64,000 nucleotides of DNA, from positions 136,065 to 200,064 of the forward strand of contig CATOSP010000001.1 in NCBI GenBank assembly GCA_951812625.1, written 5' to 3'. The translations under genes and the position numbers were made by a program. This DNA is from an uncultured Dehalococcoidia bacterium (GTDB taxonomy: Bacteria > Chloroflexota > Dehalococcoidia > Lucifugimonadales > UBA3495). This document shows, piece after piece, positions 48,976 to 57,788 of this stretch (within the stretch, counting starts at the first letter, position 1; every line of letters starts with the position of its first letter). The notes beneath the pieces are model-generated. The model was given only the letters and a program-made list of their open reading frames with translations. It was not told the origin of the DNA and ran no database searches.

Positions 48976-49008
48976 TTGACGCTATGTAATGTGTAGTGTA
49001 AATTACAC
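48976..49008 (+). promoter_or_regulatory. Promoter with overlapping palindromic operator upstream of the RHH gene
   Basis: TTGACG (48976-48981), 17 nt, TAAATT (48999-49004). The palindrome GTGTAA-A-TTACAC (48996-49008) covers the -10 box. Confidence 0.55.
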
Positions 49009-49047
49009 GTAAGTCAGTAATAATGATACAGAATAGGAGGTAATCCA

Positions 49048-49428
49048 ATGCCGGAGAACGAACCGAGAGCAAGGGAACGGGTTATACGCGGGGTGGAAGA
49101 AGTTGGCAGAGGCGTCCGCGAAGTCGGCAGCGGTGTGCGGGATGCCACCGTGGCCGGTGTTGAGACCGCAAAGGAGGCCGTCAAGAACAGACTGCCCCAC
49201 GACCGGCAGACCCGGGACAACGTCGTGATGGTGCGTGTTGACAAAGACACTCTGGACCGCCTGGACGACTTGGTGGAAGCCGGTGTGGCCGGCAGTCGGT
49301 CTGAAGCGGCCAACTACCTCGTGGTTGAGGGTGTCAAGGCCCGCCAGTCCTTCTTCGACACCATTGCCGCGAAGGTGGAAGAGATCAGGAAGGCTAGGGA
49401 AGAACTGCGAAGGCTGCGGGATGAATAA
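49048..49428 (+). CDS. Ribbon-helix-helix (CopG/Arc-like) protein with a repetitive N-terminus
   Basis: ATG 7 nt after AGGAGG. The C-terminal VVMVRVDKDTLDRLDDLVEAGVAGSRSEAANYLVVEG is a typical RHH. The N-terminus contains GVEEVGRGVREVGSGVRD repeats. Confidence 0.7.
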   Translation: MPENEPRARERVIRGVEEVGRGVREVGSGVRDATVAGVETAKEAVKNRLPHDRQTRDNVVMVRVDKDTLDRLDDLVEAGVAGSRSEAANYLVVEGVKARQSFFDTIAAKVEEIRKAREELRRLRDE

Positions 49429-49488
49429 ACCTTCATCAATCGGACCCATTCATGCCAACGAATCCGGCAACCCGGCAGAGGGGGAATT

Positions 49489-50676
49489 ATGTGGTACGTA
49501 ACTTCCGGCCAGCCACTGGCCTGCGACGGTTGTGGTGGTTCAATCCCGCCTGGTGACCCCTGCATATCAGACCTGCCGCAGCAACTGCCCAAGAACGTCG
49601 CGCGGAGAGATTACCGCCACTTCCATTTGCAGTCCCCGCAGTGCAGTCCGGCAGACGCCACACCCTCCTGGTCTTGTTATCAGGAGTTCTCCTCCCAACT
49701 GGTCTCCGAGCGGGCGAAGCATGAAATGGTCTGCCTGGGCTGCGGACATGCGGTCCTCGAAGGCGAAGAATATCTTCAGGACTTCCTCTCTGTCCGGGAC
49801 AATGGCAAGAGTGCCGACAATCTGGAGAATGAATCTGGGCCCGCCGCCCTTCTCGCCACCCTGTCCAGGGGCCAGCCGGTAAATCCGGCCTCTTTCTCTA
49901 ACCTCAGCCGCCAGTCTGCGGCGAAGTTTAGACGCGCTGGCCTGGGCAATGGCCGTGGCATCCGTACCGAGGCTGAGGCTGGAACATTTTTCAGGACCAG
50001 CATACCGGGACCGGTGCGCAACCTGGGGGAAGGATCGGTCAGGCAGTTCACCAAGGGTAAAGAGGCAAGCCACATTCGTTCGGTGGCCAACGCACCCGGC
50101 CAGGCCCGAGACCCGGCAAACATAGTGTGGGAATCTGCCAGGGCCAACGGCAATCGCGGCTCTCGGAATATGACCCGCATGGAAGTGGTCGGCGCCAGGA
50201 CGGTCAATGCGGCTGACGCCGTTAAAATAACCGGGAGGGCCGCCGGGAAGAACGCGGGCAGGGGTACTGCATTCGCCGTACTGTTCGAGCTTCCGGTAAC
50301 CCTGGCCGAGAACGGCATCTCCGTTTATCGGGGCAAGAAATCCAGGCAGGAAGCCGCAAAAGATACCGGGAAAGACGTGGCGGCAGCAGGAGTGGCTGGG
50401 GGTGCCATGGCGGCAGGAACAACTGTGGCCGTAGCCCTGGGTGCCGGACCAGCCCTTGCAGCCGCCGCTCCCGTACTGGTCCCGGTCGGCATTGGCATCT
50501 TCGCATTATCGGCCAGTACGCGAATCTGGCGGGCCTGGAAGGACGGGCTAAAGCGCCTGGAGCTTAATTTCCACGCCGACTGCCCTGCGTGCGAGCCCAA
50601 CTGCAATTGTTACGAAGACTTCGCCGATTGGGTCAGTTCCTACTGCGCGGAAGAAACCCGCACGGAGAAAGGGTAG
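49489..50676 (+). CDS. Zn-ribbon / HNH-like nuclease / glycine-zipper membrane protein (395 aa), unknown family
   Basis: ATG after GAGGGGG. CDGCGG and CLGCGH Cys pairs. SHIRSVANAPGQARDPANIVWESARANGNRGSRNM (50065-50172) resembles the DHIxP...N..L....NRGK HNH pattern. A Gly/Ala-rich TM segment spans 50374-50523. The C-terminus has a CPACEPNCNC cluster. Confidence 0.6.
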   Translation: MWYVTSGQPLACDGCGGSIPPGDPCISDLPQQLPKNVARRDYRHFHLQSPQCSPADATPSWSCYQEFSSQLVSERAKHEMVCLGCGHAVLEGEEYLQDFLSVRDNGKSADNLENESGPAALLATLSRGQPVNPASFSNLSRQSAAKFRRAGLGNGRGIRTEAEAGTFFRTSIPGPVRNLGEGSVRQFTKGKEASHIRSVANAPGQARDPANIVWESARANGNRGSRNMTRMEVVGARTVNAADAVKITGRAAGKNAGRGTAFAVLFELPVTLAENGISVYRGKKSRQEAAKDTGKDVAAAGVAGGAMAAGTTVAVALGAGPALAAAAPVLVPVGIGIFALSASTRIWRAWKDGLKRLELNFHADCPACEPNCNCYEDFADWVSSYCAEETRTEKG

Positions 50677-50715
50677 TCTGCTCAACGAGGTTGAGCCGCA
50701 CCAGGCACATCAAAA

Positions 50716-50740
50716 GCCCCTCCCGCTAATCGGGAGGGGC
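50716..50740. terminator. Bidirectional terminator hairpin between convergent genes
   Basis: AAAA-GCCCCTCCCG-ctaat-CGGGAGGGGC-TTCGCTTT. Confidence 0.7.
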
Positions 50741-50798
50741 TTCGCTTTGCTCCAGTTTGACCGTAATCTACAACGGTCAGGTCAGGTATCGGTGGGGA

Positions 50799-52637
50799 CT
50801 ACCTGTCCAGCCACACGTACTCCAGCCTGCGGGCTTGGCTGTACTGGCCGGAGAAACGCTCGTCCGGCACGTTCTGGACATGGTTCCAGTGGGTCGGGTA
50901 GCGTACCGGCCAGAACAGGGGAACGTACGGGACGTCATCGTAGAAGATCTCCATGGCCTGATCAGCTAGGACCTTGAGTTTCTCCACGTCTGAGTTAACC
51001 CGCATCTCCTTCAGCACATTGTCCAGCGCTTCATTGCAGTAGCCGATGATGTTATTGACCGGAGGCTCCCCGCAGAACGTCGGGTAGTCCAGCCAGTCGT
51101 ATGGGTGGTCGACGCGGGCGCTGCCGGATGCCCCGGATTCAAACAGCCAGTCGGCCGAATTATGCTTCTCGACGTATGCGCCGCTTTCCTGGACATCCAG
51201 CGACATCCGAATGTTGAGGGTATCACGGAGCATAAACTCAGCCACAGGGCATAAGTGGTCTCGATAGTCGGCGATGTCGCGGCACAGGGCTTTGACCTCG
51301 AACCCATCGGGATACCCGGCGTCAACCATTAGCTGCTTTGCCTGGGCTATCTCGGCGTCCTTGGCGGGGCCGGGCATGGCGAAACCAGCCCTGACCGCCA
51401 ACTCATCCCGCTTAACCTTGCCGTAGACCGTAGACGCCAGGTAGTCCCCCATCGTGCAGTTGGGGAGTGCTTCGCACAACTGGTCCCGGTTCACCGCCAG
51501 GTTGATTGCCTGGCGGACCCGCTTGTCCTGCCACGGGCCTTCCTCTCGCCAGTTCCACTTGATTCCCCGGAGCACGGGATGCAGGCCGGGGAAATAGGTT
51601 ATCTGACCGGGATGTCGGTCTACCATCGGATCAATGTTCTCGGGGAACATGCCGTGGCTGCTGCCCATCATAATGTAGTCCAGCCGCTGGGCTTCGAACG
51701 CTGCCAGCTTCGCCGCAACGTCCCGGATGATGAACAGGTCAATACCATCCAGGTAGGGCAGGTCTTCTTTGAAGTAGTCCTCGTGCCGGCGAAACTCGAT
51801 CTTCTCACCCGGCTGGTGGCTCTCCATGTAATACGGACCGGTGCCAATGGGGGTATCCAGGGACTCCATCTCGTCGTAGTCGGCCTCGGTGTACATCGAG
51901 TACTGTTGCAGCCCCAGCCTGGCCAGCAGCAGACCGTCCGGCTCCTTCAGGTTGATGACAACCGTGGTTTCGTCCGGAGCTTCAATGCTCTCCACGGTGC
52001 TCTCTCCAGCAACACTGAGGAAGTCGTGAGGAGGCCTGTTTTCCGTCTCCATGGTCATAAGCTCTAGGGTGAACTTGGCGTCGGCCGAAGTCCACGGGTT
52101 GCCATTGTGGTTCACGACGTTGTCGTGAAGCTGGAAGGTGTACTGTGTGGATGCCTCGTTCACCTCCCAGGTATGGGCGATGTCCGGCCCCACCCTCACG
52201 AAATCCGGGTGTTGCAGGGACAGCAACTGGTTGAAGATCGGAGCATTCGACGTGGTCTCATCGATTGCGCTCCGAACGTCCAGCCTGAAGTGGAGCGGGC
52301 TCCGGCGGTGTACCTGGTTGAGTATCCCGCCCCGCTTGATGGTCCCCTCGGGCGCCGGCATCGCCGTCGGTTCGGCCTTGCTCTCCGCTACCGCGCCTAT
52401 AGCGAATCCCTCAATCTTGGTGGCTGTTGGCACCATCACCTGCTCCGGGGCCTGTGGCTTCTCCGGGTCCGCGCCTTCCATCGCCGCCTGTGGCTTCTCC
52501 GGGTCCGCAGGCTGCATCTGCTCGGCAGTCTGCACCTCCGGCTCCACTGCGGCAGTTCCGCCGCAAGCCACACCCAGCGCCGTTATCATCAATAGGGCTG
52601 CGCCCAACGCTGCAAGTCTGAGAAAACTACGGGTCAT
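50799..52637 (-). CDS. ABC transporter substrate-binding lipoprotein, family 5 (peptide/nickel/opine type)
   Basis: Signal peptide with lipobox (LGVAC), a repeated PEKPQA linker, and a body of about 500 aa typical of DppA/OppA-like SBPs. Confidence 0.85.
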   Translation of the reverse strand: MTRSFLRLAALGAALLMITALGVACGGTAAVEPEVQTAEQMQPADPEKPQAAMEGADPEKPQAPEQVMVPTATKIEGFAIGAVAESKAEPTAMPAPEGTIKRGGILNQVHRRSPLHFRLDVRSAIDETTSNAPIFNQLLSLQHPDFVRVGPDIAHTWEVNEASTQYTFQLHDNVVNHNGNPWTSADAKFTLELMTMETENRPPHDFLSVAGESTVESIEAPDETTVVINLKEPDGLLLARLGLQQYSMYTEADYDEMESLDTPIGTGPYYMESHQPGEKIEFRRHEDYFKEDLPYLDGIDLFIIRDVAAKLAAFEAQRLDYIMMGSSHGMFPENIDPMVDRHPGQITYFPGLHPVLRGIKWNWREEGPWQDKRVRQAINLAVNRDQLCEALPNCTMGDYLASTVYGKVKRDELAVRAGFAMPGPAKDAEIAQAKQLMVDAGYPDGFEVKALCRDIADYRDHLCPVAEFMLRDTLNIRMSLDVQESGAYVEKHNSADWLFESGASGSARVDHPYDWLDYPTFCGEPPVNNIIGYCNEALDNVLKEMRVNSDVEKLKVLADQAMEIFYDDVPYVPLFWPVRYPTHWNHVQNVPDERFSGQYSQARRLEYVWLDR

Positions 52638-52963
52638 AAAGTCTTCCCTCCATTAAGATGCGACGAATGGAAAAGTCCGGTACGGCTTAACGATAAGTCG
52701 CTTTTGCTTCACGCCTGTGGGTTGTCACAGCCCTGGCGCAAGTCTAGGATGATTATATGGATTGCCTATGTGGTGTCAATCCCCGGTTATTCGCGTGGCG
52801 CAGCCAGCTTCCTCGCCCCGGAATCGGGATCTCCGCCCACTGCTGTCTCTGCATGTGGTTAATTGACACTGGATTGCGCTTTTCGTATCATTCCTGCGTA
52901 TCCGGCAGACATCCAGTCGGGGAACTCAACCGGTCGGCTCCAGAGCCGCCTCCCTGTTCGGTC

Positions 52964-53005
52964 ACCGTACGCAGGCCAGCGCGAACCGTACGCAGGCCAG
53001 CGCGA
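52964..53005. repeat. Perfect 21-bp tandem duplication
   Basis: ACCGTACGCAGGCCAGCGCGA occurs twice (52964-52984 and 52985-53005), 77 bp upstream of the permease start. Confidence 0.9.
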
Positions 53006-53081
53006 AAGGTAGTTTACAAATCCAGCGTTCAGTGCCGCAGGCCGCAGGTACAGTTATCCAGATTGAGTCAGTAGAGTAGAC

Positions 53082-54050
53082 GTGCGTCAGTACACAGTCC
53101 GCAGGTTGATCTTGGGCATCCCGACCATACTCGGGGCCGCCCTGCTCATATTCGTAATAATGCGCGTCGCCCCCGGCGACGTGGCAAGCCTGATCGCCAT
53201 CGGCGGGGCTGAGGGCGAGGAAGAGGTCAGCCAGGAAAAGCTGGACAAGATACGTGAACGGCTCGGCCTCAACGCTCCCCTGCATATGCAGTTCCTTAAC
53301 TGGATGTGGGACTTGAGCAAATTCGATCTGGGTGAATCCCTCTGGTCCCGCCAGCCGGTCAGCGACCTGCTCGTCCGGCGCTTCCCGTTAACCCTCCAGT
53401 TATCTGCGATGGCTCTGGTCCTGTCATGGATCATCGCTATCCCCATCGGCATCTTATCGGCGGTCAAGCAGGACTCGCCGATGGACTACATTCCCAGGTT
53501 CCTGAGCATCATTGGCCTCGCTACGCCCAATTTCTGGCTGGGCATCCTGATGCTTACCTACCTTGCCGCCTTCTTCGGATGGGTCCCGGCTTTAACTTAT
53601 CAGGCCCCCTGGCGCGCCCCGGGAGAGAACCTTTCCCAGCTGATGCTGCCGGCCATCGTGCTTGGCACCGCCCTGGCCGCCATCCAGACAAGAATGACCC
53701 GTGCCACAATGCTCGAAGTCCTCCGGGAGGACTACATCCGTACGGCGCGGGCCAAGGGGCTGGGAGCGCAGGCGGTGCTCTGGCGTCACGCCTTGAAGAA
53801 CGCCGCAATCCCCGTGCTCACCATCTCAGGCGGACAGCTCAGCGGGCTGATAAGCGGATCGCTGGTGACCGAGGTGGTGTTCAACCTGCCCGGCCTTGGC
53901 CTGGCAACGGTGGACGCGGTGCGGTTGCGGGACTATCCCGTGATCCAGAACCTGGTGCTCTTCATCACTATCGTGCACATCGTGGTCAATCTGGGTGTGG
54001 ACCTGCTCTACGCCTTCCTTGATCCGCGAATACGATACTCAGACTACTAG
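53082..54050 (+). CDS. ABC transporter permease (DppB/OppB-like)
   Basis: 322 aa, multi-TM, with the EAA-like loop MLEVLREDYIRTARAKGL. Confidence 0.9.
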   Translation: MRQYTVRRLILGIPTILGAALLIFVIMRVAPGDVASLIAIGGAEGEEEVSQEKLDKIRERLGLNAPLHMQFLNWMWDLSKFDLGESLWSRQPVSDLLVRRFPLTLQLSAMALVLSWIIAIPIGILSAVKQDSPMDYIPRFLSIIGLATPNFWLGILMLTYLAAFFGWVPALTYQAPWRAPGENLSQLMLPAIVLGTALAAIQTRMTRATMLEVLREDYIRTARAKGLGAQAVLWRHALKNAAIPVLTISGGQLSGLISGSLVTEVVFNLPGLGLATVDAVRLRDYPVIQNLVLFITIVHIVVNLGVDLLYAFLDPRIRYSDY

Positions 54051-54068
54051 CTGCATATCTGGAGCCGA

Positions 54069-54998
54069 ATGAACACTGGACCAGGCACACCCGAGACACC
54101 GGCAGCAGAGCCTCTGCTTGTACTCCCCGAGGAGAACCAATGGGGCAGGCGCATACGTTGGACCCGCCGCTTTCTGGTCAACAAACCCCTGGGGGCAGTT
54201 GGCGCAGGCATAGTGCTGTTCATGTTCTTCCTGACCGCCTTCGGTTCTTTCCTTACCCCCTACAACCCTATAGACATGGACTTCTTCGCCAAGCTGGAAT
54301 CACCCAGCACAACCCACCCTCTGGGTACGGACCTGTACGGGCGGGACGTTCTGAGCAACATCATCGGTGGGGCGAAAATCTCCATCTATGTGGGCTTCGC
54401 CTCGGTGATTATCGGCACCGGCTTGGGCGCGGTCTGGGGATTGACCAGCGGCTATAGCGGGGGCAGGTACGATCTGATAAGCCAGCGTTTCATAGACGTG
54501 CTCCAAAGCATCCCCACCTTGGCCCTCGCCCTGGTCATAGTCGCCTCCCTGGGTTCAAGCCTCAACAACATTGTCATCGCCATCAGCATCGGACTGATAG
54601 CCACGGCTGCTCGCGTCGTGCGCTCATCGGCCATCGTCATCAGGAACATGGACTACATCCTTGCAGCGGTGGCGATGGGGGCAAGCTGGCAGAGGATAGT
54701 ATTCTCCCACGTAATGCCCAACAGCTTCGCGCCCTACCTCATAGTGGCCACCGCCGCCCTGGGAGGCGCAATCCTGCAGGAGGCGTCCCTGAGCTTCCTG
54801 GGAGTCGGAGTGCCCCCGCCGCACCCGTCATGGGGCAGAATGCTCTCCGGCATAGGCCGTGACTACTTCCTCATCGCGCCGTGGATGTCCTTGTCCCCGG
54901 GACTGGCAATCGTGTTCGTGGTACTGGCCTTCAACCTCTTCGGCGACGCGCTGCGCGACGTCCTGGACCCAAGACTGCGAGGCACCGGCCGCCGGTAG
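54069..54998 (+). CDS. ABC transporter permease (DppC/OppC-like)
   Basis: 309 aa, multi-TM, containing HPLGTDLYGRDVLS typical of DppC/OppC. Confidence 0.9.
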   Translation: MNTGPGTPETPAAEPLLVLPEENQWGRRIRWTRRFLVNKPLGAVGAGIVLFMFFLTAFGSFLTPYNPIDMDFFAKLESPSTTHPLGTDLYGRDVLSNIIGGAKISIYVGFASVIIGTGLGAVWGLTSGYSGGRYDLISQRFIDVLQSIPTLALALVIVASLGSSLNNIVIAISIGLIATAARVVRSSAIVIRNMDYILAAVAMGASWQRIVFSHVMPNSFAPYLIVATAALGGAILQEASLSFLGVGVPPPHPSWGRMLSGIGRDYFLIAPWMSLSPGLAIVFVVLAFNLFGDALRDVLDPRLRGTGRR

Positions 54999-55023
54999 GT
55001 TTATCGCCCAGCCGTTCCTTTGT

Positions 55024-55395
55024 CTAATCGAGCCTCCGCACTACCTCGGGCATTGTTCTCAGTCGTGGTGGAATGTCAGAAGCCGTGGGCCAAGGAACTG
55101 CCATACTCCCAGAGAGAGTCGGTAGAACTTCAATGAAGGCATGGAAGATATCGTCACACGATCCGTAGAAGTGGTCCAGTGACTCGAAAGGGTAAGAGTC
55201 GGATACTTCCAGTCCGTATTGATTCGCTCCGGTCGCGCTCATCTCATAAGTAGATTTCTCTCTATCGAAAAGCTCCTGCATCTGGTGATGGTTGGTCAAT
55301 CCGCAATTGTTGTAAGCTCGGTTGAACTCTTCCAAGTTCTTCAGGGTACGCCAGGCGAACCCTATTGTTGTACCCCTCGATGGAACCAAAGTCAC
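55024..55395 (-). CDS. Hypothetical ORF in a low-GC patch (possibly the 3' part of a frameshifted gene)
   Basis: 123-aa ORF. Protein-like sequence continues upstream in another frame (55262-55530). I recognise no family. Confidence 0.3.
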   Translation of the reverse strand: MTLVPSRGTTIGFAWRTLKNLEEFNRAYNNCGLTNHHQMQELFDREKSTYEMSATGANQYGLEVSDSYPFESLDHFYGSCDDIFHAFIEVLPTLSGSMAVPWPTASDIPPRLRTMPEVVRRLD

Positions 55396-55614
55396 TCCAC
55401 CTGTTGCTTTGAATCGTGTAAAGATGGTATTTCAACGGCCTCAATGTCGAAGACACCAGACACTGGCCAACGAGGCGTTGTATCAAAAGTCCAAGACCTG
55501 GTCGAGATATGAGACAAATCTTTATTTTTGATATAACGTCGGTTAGCGGCTTGAAGGGACCAACTCGAAGTGCCTATTGACCGAGGTCTGAATTAACCTC
55601 TCACCACTCGCAGA

Positions 55615-55905
55615 CTATCCGCCCTGGGTAAGCCTAACGGCCAAGACACCCACCAGGGAAATCAGGGCGACGATGATTCCACCGCCAATGCCCAGTGCGG
55701 CCAGCGTGAGCCGGTCTATCCGGGTATTGAGTTGGCTGTTGATCTGGTCTATCCGATCATTTACCTGGTCTATCCGGGTATTGACCTGGTCTATCAGGGC
55801 ATTGAGGGCACGGATTTCCTCCCGCATATCCTGGAGCGTGGTGAGTACCTGCTCCATCTGTGCTTCCAGCCGCCCTAAACGGAAATCGTCGGTTGCAACT
55901 ACCAT
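55615..55905 (-). CDS. Small tail-anchored coiled-coil membrane protein (96 aa)
   Basis: 21-nt (heptad) tandem repeats encode IDQVNTRIDQVNDRIDQINSQLNTRIDRL. A C-terminal TM helix follows (LAALGIGGGIIVALISLVGVLAV). Confidence 0.6.
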   Translation of the reverse strand: MVVATDDFRLGRLEAQMEQVLTTLQDMREEIRALNALIDQVNTRIDQVNDRIDQINSQLNTRIDRLTLAALGIGGGIIVALISLVGVLAVRLTQGG

Positions 55906-55954
55906 TGCAAACCTTCCCCCATCAGGTCAAACCTATAGGCTGCTCGCCGCTGCC

Positions 55955-56881
55955 TCACCGCACAAACTGAGGCAGTATCTCCGTCCCCATGATCTCAAGC
56001 TGCTCCATGGTCTCGTCGGCGGGGCAGAGAGGGCGGACTACAAACTTCTGCGCCCCCGCGTCCACGTAGCGGGAGATGGCCTGGCAGATCTGCTCCGTTG
56101 ACCCCAAAGCGCTGTACTCGGTGAAGTGAGCGCCGGGCCGGGCCCGGGTCACGTACTGCTCCGCCTTGGCCTCGGCCTCCTCCGAACTGGACGCCACATA
56201 GTAGCCAAGCAGCACCCCAACGTGGTCGTCCTCAATCTCCCGGCCGTACTCGGCGGCGGTGCTGAACATGATCTCCCGGCCCTCGCCAACTTCCTCCGGC
56301 GTCGCGCTGGACACCAGCCAGCCGTCGCCGACCCGCCCCACGCGCCGGGCGGCCGCCGCGCTGCGCCCGCCAATCCAGACGGGCGTCGAAGGCTCAAGAA
56401 ACGGCTTGGGCGTGATGGAAACATTGTGGCAGCTATAGAACATCCCCTCGTGGGTAACGTTCTCCTCCTCCCACAGGCGGCGCATCAACCGGATCGCCTC
56501 ATCGGTGCGGCGGCCCCGGTCCTCCTTGGAAACCCCGCACGCCTCATACTCCTCTGGCTCTTCCTGTCCCAGTCCCACTGCGGGGAAAAACCGGCCTTGG
56601 GAAAGGTAGTCCAGTGTTGCGATCTGCTTCGCCAGCACCACCGGGTTCCGCAGCGGCATCGCCAGAACGCTGGTCCCGAACTTCATCCGGTCCGAGTATG
56701 CAGCAACCATCGACAGCGCGATCATCGGCTCCAGGCTGAAACGGTCGCTGACGATCCGGTCACTGAGCCATATGGAATCGTATCCGTACCGGTCCCCAAC
56801 CTCGACCAACTCACGGAGAAAACCAGGGTCTCCGCCCCCCTGTCCAAATGCGCCGGGTACATAGCCAATGGCGATGCTCAT
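55955..56881 (-). CDS. LLM-class (luciferase-like) flavin/F420-dependent oxidoreductase
   Basis: 308 aa with YDSIWLSDR, LDYLSQGRFFPAVGLG and IGGRSAAAARRVGRVGDGW. Confidence 0.85.
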   Translation of the reverse strand: MSIAIGYVPGAFGQGGGDPGFLRELVEVGDRYGYDSIWLSDRIVSDRFSLEPMIALSMVAAYSDRMKFGTSVLAMPLRNPVVLAKQIATLDYLSQGRFFPAVGLGQEEPEEYEACGVSKEDRGRRTDEAIRLMRRLWEEENVTHEGMFYSCHNVSITPKPFLEPSTPVWIGGRSAAAARRVGRVGDGWLVSSATPEEVGEGREIMFSTAAEYGREIEDDHVGVLLGYYVASSSEEAEAKAEQYVTRARPGAHFTEYSALGSTEQICQAISRYVDAGAQKFVVRPLCPADETMEQLEIMGTEILPQFVR

Positions 56882-57091
56882 GGCTGCTCCTTCATTGTTG
56901 CTCCAAGAATGGCCCTATTCTAACCCAAAGGCCCAAAGACGCAAGGGAAACGGGCTGGTCTGCCTATCGCGTTCCTCTCGTTTCTAAAAAGTCATTGACA
57001 CCTGTTGACAATCTGCGCAAAAATAGAAGCCTAACAGTGGGCTAGGCGGGTTTCCCGTAACATGGAAGCCGGACCTAGCCCACGCTTTTTG

Positions 57092-57769
57092 TCAGGAGAT
57101 GCGCTGGTTGGTCGTAATGTCTCTTGCGCTTACGAAGGAGAGCTCAGGAGGCGTGGTCCCGCCATCCACGACACCCCTGTAGCCGTTGGCTATATGATGC
57201 ACCACTTGCAACCCTTCAACGTAAATCGACGCGGCGTGGGTTATATGAGTCGGCGTTGGAATGCTCCTGTTACCGGCAATATACCGTCTTAAATTCAACG
57301 TTTCTTCCAAGGTTAACTCTACCCGGTCAATGACCAGATCATAATGGTTCGATTGTAGCCTATGCCGTTGGAAGTGGTGTTCCAGCAAGCGCCGAAGCAT
57401 ATAATTGCGAAACCTCTAGGGGTTCGGCAAACTCCCTCCTTCTGGTTTCAGATAACTTCCGTTGTACTTCAGCTTGTCAACGTAGACCACCGAAGCCCAG
57501 GTGTTTTCCCCACCTTCTGCCAAGGCCCGAATCGGGTCGATGAGCCTCGTATATACCTCCCGTTCAGGTGGGATTTTCAGTTCCCTACTCAGACCGGAAT
57601 AATATCGGAAGGCGGCCATGTGTTGGTTCAGGCCACGGATTGAGTCGTCGCACAAATGCAATGCAGCGGCTACGTAGAAGGACGTGCTGAGCAATCGCCC
57701 CGAGTCCGGATCAACCGTGTAGGCTGGATCGCCGGACTCATCAACAAATATGTAGCCATGCCGTGGCAC
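57092..57769 (-). pseudogene. DUF3800-family gene with in-frame TAG
   Basis: N-terminus HGYIFVDESGDP, C-terminus SIYVEGLQVVHHIANGY. One frame is interrupted only by the TAG at 57413-57415 (..LPNP*RFRNYML..). Confidence 0.6.
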
Positions 57770-57788
57770 TGGGCTATGCTAAAAACCT

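Noticed and set aside
15490-57415. All in-frame stops in the interrupted genes are TAG (15490?, 15625, 22626 and 57413), and corrinoid methyltransferase genes are present. I considered amber recoding or pyrrolysine.
   Set aside because: TAG also terminates several intact genes at their family-typical ends (PrpD-like 1912, cyclodeaminase 5565, response regulator 7749 and hdc 10672). No pylTSBCD genes and no MttB/MtmB/MtbB-type gene are present. GAG-to-TAG and TGG-to-TAG are single-step mutations of very common codons. Ordinary nonsense mutations are the simpler reading.
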